Origin: a virus
Virus record (IMG/VR): IMGVR_UViG_3300044733_004754
DNA length: 64,000 nt
Reading direction: 5' to 3' (one strand)
This document shows positions 9,075 through 18,200 of this stretch, piece after piece. A program made the position numbers and the translations under genes. The notes under the pieces were generated by a model. It saw only the letters and a program-made list of their open reading frames with translations. It made no database searches and was not told the DNA's origin. Each line of letters begins with the position of its first letter. Within the stretch, counting starts at the first letter, position 1.

Positions 9075-10156
9075 TGTTAGATTCAATATCCAGCGGGTTA
9101 AGCAGTGCCGGCTCGGCTTTGCAAGGAGGCGTTCAATCAGCTTTTAGCTCCGCATCGTCGCTAGCAGAAAAAGTTGGCGTGCAGGACATTGCAGGTGGTA
9201 TCAAAGATGGCTTTGGGAAAGCCTCTGATGCAATAGGTGGGATATTTAAAAAAGCGCCATCTGTAAAAGCAGATACATCATTCCCATCGTCCACGTTGCC
9301 TCGTGCTGCAACACGTAGAGAAGAAACACCACAGTTTGTAGCGCCTGTTCCAGGTACACCGCTTATCTACCCAGTGGATATGAAGTATTATACAAAGTTT
9401 ACGTTTTATCAGTATAAACGTATCATTGCTACTGAGGCACCAAAACAATTGCCCACATCCACAATTGTTTTACCAATGCCATCAAATTTAAGTGAGTCGT
9501 TCAATGTTACTTATGATACACCTGAACTTGGAGCTATAGGTGGTGCAGCAACAGAAGCAGCTATAAGAGCAGCACAAACAATTCAAAATGAATCCGGTTT
9601 TATAAACAAGATCGTTCAAGGTGCTGCCAGTGCTGCTGGTACAGCAACTGCAGCTGGTATTGGTAGTGCTGTTGGTTTAACAGCATCGTTGAATATTTTG
9701 AAGAATGCAAAGATCCAAACCGGTGGTGATATTGTTAAAAAAGTAACAGGTCTTACCCCAAACCCTTTTATTGCTACGATTTTTAAAAATGTGCAAATGC
9801 GTTCACATCAATTTAGTTATCGTTTTGCACCTAATAATTTGAAAGAGTTGCAAACAGTAAAAGCTATAATAAAGCAATTAAAGCTAAGAATGCTACCGGA
9901 TTTTTTGGAAGGTAGCTTAGATATGGCTTTCACCTTCCCTGACACGTGTGAAATAGCTTTTGGTCCGGCTAGCAATCCACCATATAAGATAAAAAGAAGC
10001 GTGCTCAAGGATATGAGTGTAAATTACTCACCAAACGGGCCAGCTTTTTTTAAGACCGGTGATCCTGTAATTGTTGAAATTACTCTCTCTTTTATTGAAG
10101 TCGAACCCTACACGAGAAGAGACGAAGCCGATCCAAAATCAACAAGTCCGATTTGA
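9074..10156 (+). CDS. gp48: Baseplate tail-tube cap gp48
   Basis: LPMPSNL.ESF...Y, NPF...IF..V.MR.H.F.Y.FAP.N..E, P.TC.I and V.Y.P.G motifs; divergent from gp4 and upstream of gp53. Confidence 0.8.
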   Translation: MLDSISSGLSSAGSALQGGVQSAFSSASSLAEKVGVQDIAGGIKDGFGKASDAIGGIFKKAPSVKADTSFPSSTLPRAATRREETPQFVAPVPGTPLIYPVDMKYYTKFTFYQYKRIIATEAPKQLPTSTIVLPMPSNLSESFNVTYDTPELGAIGGAATEAAIRAAQTIQNESGFINKIVQGAASAAGTATAAGIGSAVGLTASLNILKNAKIQTGGDIVKKVTGLTPNPFIATIFKNVQMRSHQFSYRFAPNNLKELQTVKAIIKQLKLRMLPDFLEGSLDMAFTFPDTCEIAFGPASNPPYKIKRSVLKDMSVNYSPNGPAFFKTGDPVIVEITLSFIEVEPYTRRDEADPKSTSPI

Positions 10157-10168
10157 ACAGGTAATACA

Positions 10169-11014
10169 ATGGCATCATATTTTAAATATTTTCCCAGTTT
10201 ATTACATAGCAACACAGTTGCTACAAATATCATAACACGTATCCGGTTCGAAGAAAGTGTTAGAAAGAACGTTGTCGCTTTTTTCCCACATGTCGTTGAA
10301 GAAGGCCAACGCCCAGATCAGATAGCTGAAGGCTATTACGGGGATCCTTCTTATGACTGGGTTGTGTACCTCACAAATAATATTATTGATCCATTCCACC
10401 AATGGCCAAAAACGCAGCAAATCTTTGATGACTTCATTGTGTCGAAGTATGGATCGAGCGAAATCGCTCAGCAGCAAACAGCCTTTTACAGAGTAAATTA
10501 TGATAATGATGATAGAGTGCTTTCAACGTCTGCATATGCGGCTTTGAGCTCGATTCAAAAGCAGTATTGGACGCCAATATTGAATCAGAATAACATTATC
10601 ATTAACTATCAGAGAAAAGAGATAGAAGATGCTATTGAGACAAACAAGGTAGTGTCTCTTGTTGGTGCCTTTGGTAGCGTTAGTGAAGGTACCATAATAA
10701 AACAATCATCAACTGTCAAGGGCACTGTGAGTTTTGCGAACAGCACTAATATAGTAATTAAGCACGTATCGGGTACATGGGCTGCTAACACTCCTATTAC
10801 GACTGTTTTAACTAATACGTCGGTGACCGCAAATATCACTTCTGTCTCTACTATTGCATCCAGTCTAGATGCGGACGAAGTCAGTTATTGGTCGCCTGTA
10901 AGTATGTTTGATGTAGAGTTTGAGACGAATGAGTCTCTACGTCATATTGAGCTAGTTATACCCTCGTACATTGATGTAATCGAAAAGGATATGAGAGGAC
11001 TGCTCAAGGTATGA
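10169..11014 (+). CDS. gp53: Baseplate wedge subunit gp53
   Basis: YFKYFP, GQRPDQIA..YYGDP..DWVV.L.N.I.DP..QWP (LysM-like) and E...NE..R.I motifs. Confidence 0.85.
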   Translation: MASYFKYFPSLLHSNTVATNIITRIRFEESVRKNVVAFFPHVVEEGQRPDQIAEGYYGDPSYDWVVYLTNNIIDPFHQWPKTQQIFDDFIVSKYGSSEIAQQQTAFYRVNYDNDDRVLSTSAYAALSSIQKQYWTPILNQNNIIINYQRKEIEDAIETNKVVSLVGAFGSVSEGTIIKQSSTVKGTVSFANSTNIVIKHVSGTWAANTPITTVLTNTSVTANITSVSTIASSLDADEVSYWSPVSMFDVEFETNESLRHIELVIPSYIDVIEKDMRGLLKV

Positions 11015-12255
11015 TTCGAACGCCTTATGAAACTGGTGATTTCCATCTGAGATCACTAACCATATCAACAAGCGACGGTAAGGGAGCAGTCGTTGGTGTT
11101 GATCAAATTGTCACAATTGACATATACGAAGACTTAATGAAACCGACCTTATACGCTGTACTGGTTTTAATGGATACGGTCGGCTTTATTGAAAAATTGC
11201 CCATAATAGGCGAAGAAAAGATTGAGATAGAAGTTGAGACACCCGGTATAAGCTCTCCGGCAACATTTAAGTTCCGCTGTTTTAAAGTTTCAAACATACA
11301 TCCACTGGACACGAGTAAGGGAGTAACATACTTTCTCCATTGTGTCAGTGAGGAGCATTTACGGAACGGTCATGTTAAAAGAGATTTCATGACTGGCTTA
11401 GTAAGTGACATGGTTGAGCGAATAGTTACAAGAGATTTAGCCACAGAGAAACCTTTCTTTTTTGATACCACAAAAGGAATTGAAACGCTTGTGTTCCCTA
11501 ATTTAAAACCTCTTGCGTCGATCGATTTCTTACGACAGAGAGCGGTCAGTGCTGAGGACCCAGTGTCTCCATATGTTTTCTTTGAGAACCAGTACGGCTT
11601 TAATTTCTCGACCCTGAGAGGCCTTTTTAAAAAGGGCTTATCAAAAGTTGAATCAGAAAATAGAGTGTTTAACTACAAACAGAATCCTATGTCGTCGCCT
11701 GAACGTCAAGCTGAGTCATTCAGAGCGATTGTTGATTATCAAAATGTTTACAGCGGTGAAACGGCTAGGAATCTTTCTAAAGGTGTCTATAAAAACGTAA
11801 CTGGTATCTTTGATCTCGCAACAAAAAAATTTGAGACACAGGAATTTATTCTTCAAGATAAGTTTGAGCTGCTAGCAGCAGACACAACAAAAACAATACC
11901 TAACACCTCCGAGTGGCTTAGTACTTTTGGATCAGAAGTACAACGACGTTTTTTAAGTGTAAGAGATGGATCAAAGCCTCAAGTTTATTTCAATAATGTG
12001 ATCGGAGCAAAAAATTCTTTCGTGTTGTTAATGAATAGTGACATAACACGTGTAAAAGTACCAGGAGATACAGGACTGGCGGTCGGTCAAGTGGTAAAAC
12101 TGGAAATGCCTGTTTTAGATGGTATGACTGGTCGTAAAAATTTCGATGAAGTAACAACTGGATCGTATTTAATCTTGCGTCTTCGACATATGTTCTCTTT
12201 AACACAGAAAAAGAAGCATTTCATTGTGTTTGATTGCGCGCAGATAGGAAGATAA
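11011..12255 (+). CDS. Baseplate hub protein (gp27/VgrG-N-like)
   Basis: I.IYED...P, LPIIGEE.I.I, YVFFEN..GF.F, V.GD..L.VG and G.YLI..LRH motifs; directly before gp5. Confidence 0.6.
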   Translation: MIRTPYETGDFHLRSLTISTSDGKGAVVGVDQIVTIDIYEDLMKPTLYAVLVLMDTVGFIEKLPIIGEEKIEIEVETPGISSPATFKFRCFKVSNIHPLDTSKGVTYFLHCVSEEHLRNGHVKRDFMTGLVSDMVERIVTRDLATEKPFFFDTTKGIETLVFPNLKPLASIDFLRQRAVSAEDPVSPYVFFENQYGFNFSTLRGLFKKGLSKVESENRVFNYKQNPMSSPERQAESFRAIVDYQNVYSGETARNLSKGVYKNVTGIFDLATKKFETQEFILQDKFELLAADTTKTIPNTSEWLSTFGSEVQRRFLSVRDGSKPQVYFNNVIGAKNSFVLLMNSDITRVKVPGDTGLAVGQVVKLEMPVLDGMTGRKNFDEVTTGSYLILRLRHMFSLTQKKKHFIVFDCAQIGR

Positions 12256-13038
12256 ATGACTACAAGATTTTTAGGCGAAGAGGGATTTCAGTGGTTCATA
12301 GGTGTCGTTGAGGACAGAGAAGATCCTGAGAAACGAGGACGAGTAAAGGTTCGTGTTCATGGATTGCATGATGAGAACAAGGCACGTCTACCAACGTCAG
12401 GCTTACCTTGGGCCACGGTTATATTACCGGCTATCAGTGCAAGCCTTAAACAGGTTGGTATATCCGCTACAGGTCTACAAGTAGGATCCACTGTACTTGG
12501 TTTTTTCTTGGACGGAAAAGAAGCAAATGTACCAGTTATTTTTGGATCAATACCAGGTATAGGTGATATACCACAGCTTGCAGCCGACAAACCTTTGATA
12601 AACAAACAACCACTTGGGCCTGAGCCTGTCTCTGCTTTCGCAGCAAAACATCCCTATAACAAAGTCGTTGTAACAGAATCTGGTCACGTATTCGAAGTTG
12701 ATGACACACCCAACGCACAGAGGCTACATAATTATCACAGGTCTGGGACCTATGAGGAAGTGGATGTATCGGGCCGTCGCGTAAATAAGGTGGTGGGGGA
12801 CGACTACGAGATTGTTGCTAAAAATAAAACAATATACATTCAAGGTGATTGGAATATAGAGGTAAGGGGCAACTTCACATTAAATGTGCAAGGGAACATC
12901 GTAATTAATGGTAAGAGTATAAACCTCAATCGAGGAACGAAAGGTGCGGCTAGATTTGGTGATGCTGTGCCTGATTCAGAAATAGACGGCACACAAGGGA
13001 TTGGTGCTGGATCTTCAACAGTGTTTATAGGGAATTGA
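12256..13038 (+). CDS. gp5: Baseplate central spike gp5 (OB fold + short beta-helix, no lysozyme, PAAR-like tail)
   Basis: WFIGVVEDR.DP...GRVKVRV.GLH, LPWA, G..V.GFFLDG and PYN.V..TESGH..E.DDTP...R....HRSGT motifs; ends AARFGD...GSSTVFIG. Confidence 0.88.
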   Translation: MTTRFLGEEGFQWFIGVVEDREDPEKRGRVKVRVHGLHDENKARLPTSGLPWATVILPAISASLKQVGISATGLQVGSTVLGFFLDGKEANVPVIFGSIPGIGDIPQLAADKPLINKQPLGPEPVSAFAAKHPYNKVVVTESGHVFEVDDTPNAQRLHNYHRSGTYEEVDVSGRRVNKVVGDDYEIVAKNKTIYIQGDWNIEVRGNFTLNVQGNIVINGKSINLNRGTKGAARFGDAVPDSEIDGTQGIGAGSSTVFIGN

Positions 13039-13039
13039 A

Positions 13040-13468
13040 ATGGCACTGGTTACAAGAGTAAAAACATCAACACCTGTCCGCCGAAAGCAAGAACTTTATT
13101 CTGATTTTTTTACTGACCTGCTTAGTTTAGATGTAACGCGTGATATCGCTAAGGCTATGAATGAAGACGCTGTTAAGCAGTCGATTCGTAATCTCCTACT
13201 CACAAACAGAGGCGATCGATTGTTTAATAACACGCTAGGAAGCGACATATACTCATTACTGTTTGAGAACAGTAGCCCAGCTTTGGAGCAAACACTATCC
13301 GATTACATTAAGACAACAATAGAAAATTATGAACCACGTGCAGAATTAATCGATGTAGTTGTAGATAGCGAGGCGGATGAACATGAAGTGTTGGTTGTCA
13401 TAAATTTTCGTGTTCTAAATAAGACTGAACCTGTTTCTCTCGAGCTAGTTTTAAATAGGATCCGATAA
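13040..13468 (+). CDS. gp25: Baseplate wedge subunit gp25
   Basis: YSD, NE.AVKQSIRNLLLTN.GDR.F...GS.I..LLFE and I..YEPR motifs. Confidence 0.92.
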   Translation: MALVTRVKTSTPVRRKQELYSDFFTDLLSLDVTRDIAKAMNEDAVKQSIRNLLLTNRGDRLFNNTLGSDIYSLLFENSSPALEQTLSDYIKTTIENYEPRAELIDVVVDSEADEHEVLVVINFRVLNKTEPVSLELVLNRIR

Positions 13469-15256
13469 ATGGCCAATACCAATATTGACTTGGTTGGTTT
13501 AGATTTTACAAGTCTAAAAAACAATCTAAAAACATTCTTAAAGAATAACACATCCTTCAAAGATTTGGATTATGAAGGATCTAATATCAATGTGCTGCTT
13601 GATGTGCTTGCATATAACAGCTACTTAAATGCGTTCTATACAAACATGGTAGCAAGTGAGATGTTTTTAGATAGCGCTCAACTACGCGATAGCATTGTTT
13701 CCCATGCAAAAGAGTTAAACTATGTTCCACGGTCCTTTGTCTCAGCAAAAGCAACAATCGATGTAACAGTGACCCCTGCAGGCAATACATCTTCCGTATT
13801 CATTCCTAAAAATACATCGTTTACATCTCGAGTTGGATCAAACACGTTTACTTTTGTCACAAACGACTCTTATGTTACAGCAGCCAACGGTGCTAGTTTT
13901 GTTCAACGACTGGATTTATATGAAGGGTCTATCAAGACCGAGTCGTTTGTCATTAACTATTCAAACACATCGCAACGATTTGTTCTCTCTAATCCTACAA
14001 TAGACACGGCTTCCTTAGAAGTTGCGGTATATGAGGATAACGGACAGACAACACTAGTTTATACACGTGCAGCAACTCTTTACAACCTTAATGAAACATC
14101 AAGAGTGTTCTTTATACAGGCTGCTCAAAATCAACAATATGAAATTATTTTTGGTGATGGTGTTTTCGGTCGTAAACCGAAGGATGGTTCAACGTTTGTT
14201 GCCAAGTACAGGGCTTGTTCGGGCGAGTTACCGAACGGTGCGCGCGTATTCGATGTAGATGGTCCAATCGATGGACATAGCAACGTTGTTGTTACAACAA
14301 TCGATGAGGCTTCAGGAGGAGCGGTTGCAGAGTCCATTGAATCAATAAGATTCAATGCGCCGCGCTCATTCCAAGCGCAGAATAGAGCCGTTACTGCAAC
14401 TGATTACGAGACGTTACTCAAATCACAATTCTCCGATATACAATCAATAAGCGTGTATGGTGGTGAGGACAGTGACCCGCCCCAGTATGGAAAGGTTTTT
14501 ATTTCAGTCGATGTTGCTCAAGCGGAGGGTGCGCCCGAGTTGCGTAAAAAAGCATACTTTGATTTTATCAAAGATAAAACACCACTTAGTATGCAAGTGA
14601 ATTTTATTGATCCTTTGTTTCTTTATGCTTCGGTTGAAACGACAGTTCAGTTCGATGTTAACATGACGACGAAGACAACGAATGATATTGAAACATTGGT
14701 CAAAGCAGCAATCAGCAACTACAACATTACAAAATTATCTAATTTTAAGAAAACTTTATACTACTCACAATTGGTCAATGCTATTGATAAAGCTGACCCA
14801 AGTATAGTTTCAAATGATACTGTTGTAAAAATGATCGCACGTGTTACACCACCAACGAATGTACCATACCCATTCAGTGTATCCATTAATAATCGAGTTG
14901 TTGCTGAAGAGGGAAAGAAGCTAGAGGTAGATGAAACTCATTATGGACATGGACTAACAAGTTCCTTTTTTACATATGAAGGTAGTAGATGTTCTCTAGT
15001 CGATGATTCGCTAGGAAATGTTCATATAGCTTTGCAAGAGGGTGAAACGATTCGCATCATCAAAAAAGTGGGGACAATCGATTACACCAAAGGCCGAGTT
15101 GTTGTCGAAGAAACATTTGAAGTCAGTGCCTATGAAGGAAATTTCCTTGAGTTGATCTTTAAAACCGTTTCAAAAAATCTCGAAACAAAAAATAATGCCA
15201 TTCTCAGTATTGACAATCTAGATGTTAACGTAACAGCTGTTGGTGTCAAGCAATGA
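13469..15256 (+). CDS. gp6: Baseplate wedge subunit gp6
   Basis: LDF..LK.NLK.FL, D.DYEGS....LLDVLAYN, EMFLDSA.LR.SIVSHAK.LNY.PRS, FGDG.FG, ESI.SI.FNAP..F..QNRAVTA.DY and GGE...PP.YGKV motifs. Confidence 0.95.
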   Translation: MANTNIDLVGLDFTSLKNNLKTFLKNNTSFKDLDYEGSNINVLLDVLAYNSYLNAFYTNMVASEMFLDSAQLRDSIVSHAKELNYVPRSFVSAKATIDVTVTPAGNTSSVFIPKNTSFTSRVGSNTFTFVTNDSYVTAANGASFVQRLDLYEGSIKTESFVINYSNTSQRFVLSNPTIDTASLEVAVYEDNGQTTLVYTRAATLYNLNETSRVFFIQAAQNQQYEIIFGDGVFGRKPKDGSTFVAKYRACSGELPNGARVFDVDGPIDGHSNVVVTTIDEASGGAVAESIESIRFNAPRSFQAQNRAVTATDYETLLKSQFSDIQSISVYGGEDSDPPQYGKVFISVDVAQAEGAPELRKKAYFDFIKDKTPLSMQVNFIDPLFLYASVETTVQFDVNMTTKTTNDIETLVKAAISNYNITKLSNFKKTLYYSQLVNAIDKADPSIVSNDTVVKMIARVTPPTNVPYPFSVSINNRVVAEEGKKLEVDETHYGHGLTSSFFTYEGSRCSLVDDSLGNVHIALQEGETIRIIKKVGTIDYTKGRVVVEETFEVSAYEGNFLELIFKTVSKNLETKNNAILSIDNLDVNVTAVGVKQ

Positions 15257-18200
15257 GACAGATCGAAGAGTTAATATTCCCACTTGTTAAAGCTCAATTT
15301 CCTGACTTCTATCAGGATGAAGGTCCTCGCTTTATTTCTTTTGTTAAGGAATACTATCGATGGATGGAGGCTGAAGGGGAAGCATTAAACGCTTCGCGTA
15401 ACTTACTTGATTATCGAAATATTGATAGTACATCAAGTGATTTCATAAAATATTTTAAGAACAAATACCTGTCCGGCGTACCTCTTTCAACGGAAGCAAA
15501 CACACAGCTCGTTATTAAGCATGCTCTTGATATCTACAAAGCCAAAGGAACAGAACGAGGTGTACAGCTTCTAATTCAGGGACTTTTCAATGAAGAATCA
15601 AGAGTTGTTTTTCCCGGTCAAGATATTTTTAAAACGTCAGACGGCGTCTGGATTAAGCCCACGTACCTCGAGCTGACGGTCAAAGAAAGAACACAAAGTT
15701 TTGTTGGTCAGGAAATTGTAGGTTCACGGAGTGGTGCTAAGGCATTTCTAGAAAGTATTGTAACCAAACGACTTGCAGGCAAGTACCAACAAGTTGCTTA
15801 TCTGAGTAGTGTTAGAGGTAACTTTGAAACCGGCGAGCTCATAACGACGACATCAAACACATCCTTTGAAAACGCGCCTACTGTAATAGGTTCAATGACT
15901 TCACTTACCGTAATCGATGGTGGTGCTAATTTTGCTGTTGGTGATATTTTTGAGGTAACATCAACAAACGGTAAACAAGGCAAAGCACGTGTAACTGAGG
16001 TTTCAAATGAAACCGGACGTGTCACTTTCATATATGTTGATGCATTTACAAGTGGTGGTTGGGGATATAGCATTGACCATGCAAACGTTATCGTATCGGA
16101 TAAAGTCCTAACTCTCACCAACATTGTTAACGCCAATGGGTTGATTACCGACTTCAGTCAATTTGAAACCGTCACACAACCCTTAGCTAATATTGGGTAT
16201 AGTACGGCGAGAGGGAACAATTATCATTTCAATGTTGGTAACATCATAGAGAATTACAATTCTAACGGTGATGTTGTTGCTAACGCTGTTATAGCAGTCA
16301 CAAGCAAAACTACAAACGCCGTTGGATGGATTATTGTAGTGCCCAATGTTGGTAATATAGCCGCTCAAGACACAACATTTGCTGTGAGATCACAAGATCC
16401 CGATGAATCATCGTTTAATCCATCAACGATCGGATTTGCTGAAAATACTTATACATCTGTTTATAGTAAGACATACTCTAATCTATTTACGGGTAGTTTT
16501 TCTCAAGAATTCACTTCGATATACACTTCTGATTATACTGGCGTATATGGTACGGTATACAGTTCTACTTATACACAAGGGTATTCTAGCACATACAGCA
16601 GAGTCTTCACTTCCGATTCTTACCTAGGCAATTACTCTAAAACATTTACGAGCGAAGTATACACAGGTACCTATAGTAGGGTGTTTACAACTAGTGGAAC
16701 AACAAACTTTTCCGGTTCATACCTACAATATTTTATCGTTACAACACCATACACAGGGTCTGCTTATACAACAGCCTTTACCGGTGCATATACAGCTGTA
16801 GGCTTCACAGGCTTATACAATCTGACATACACAGGAAATTATACTAGAACCTTCACCAGCGAATTTCAGGGTACGCTAGTACCTGGTTTTTACACGGGTA
16901 CCTACTCAGGGTCTTATGCTGGATCATATGTGGGGTACTTTACTGGTACACGTGTAACTCCGTTTGGTAATATTCCTTACAGCACAACATATATTAACTA
17001 TTTTCTGGGATCGTATGTAGGTGGGTATCAAGGTGTGTATCAATCCGCGTATCAAAATCCATATAGCGGAGCAACGTTTGCTGCAAATGTAAACTCTTAT
17101 AACTTACCTAATTATGTAAGCAATTTCTCAAGGGCCTATACGGGTGGCTTTATTTCATATCCTGTTTATACGGGCTTGAAATCGTTACCTTATGGTGGTG
17201 TTCCGGGTGTTACAGAAGGTTATGTTGGAGCTGGATATACCGGAGCCTATATTACATCATATTCGTCCATATACAGTGGTGCATATGGTGGTGATTCGTT
17301 CTCGAGAATTTTCACAGGACTGTATCAGCTCGGATCATTCACAGGAAACTTTACCTCAACATTTACCGGTAATTTTTCTGGTTCGTACGGAACAGCATAT
17401 ACAGGCACTTACAGTGATACGTTCACAAATGATTATGTGGGTAGTTTTTCACGAACATTTCAAGGCAACTTCACAACAAGCTACACAACAAGCTACACAG
17501 GATTATACAATGTCTTTTCTGGTGCTTACACGAGCACGTATTCGCAAGCATTTACTGCATTTACAGGTGCATACACAGGATTCACGGGTAGCTATAGTTT
17601 AGCTTTCAGTGGTAATTACAATGCTTTTTCTGGTCAATACCTTAGTTTCTCACTGTCATTTAGTGGATACAGTTCAGCTTTTAGCGGCGTATATAATAAT
17701 TCATTCACCAGTGGGTATGGTGGGTATACAGGCATCTTTACAAGAACTTACACCAGCGCACAAGGAACAGCAAACGGCGTCATAGTTCAATATTTCAGCA
17801 AAGCATATACAGGGTTATATGCAGGTTCTGATTATACAAGTGCTTTCAATGGTTACACGAGAACATTTACCGTAACACTTGCTGGTGCGTTTACAAGTTC
17901 GTATAGTGGTCAATTTACAGGCGCTTACATAGGGTATACAGGAACGTATCTGGCTCGAACATATACGGGTAGCTATGGTGCTTACAGTGGAGCGTATCAA
18001 GACTCACTGTTCACGGGTAGTTATGGATTTTTCACAGGTGCTTTTGGATCAGCCTACACGGGTCTCTTTATAGGTAGCGGTAGCACCCGAATAAACACAT
18101 TAACTGCACATGAATTCAGTAATAATGATATTGTTCGTTACCATGTCATGCCAGGTAATACATACATTCCTGAGCTGTCAATAGGTGCTGCATATTACAT

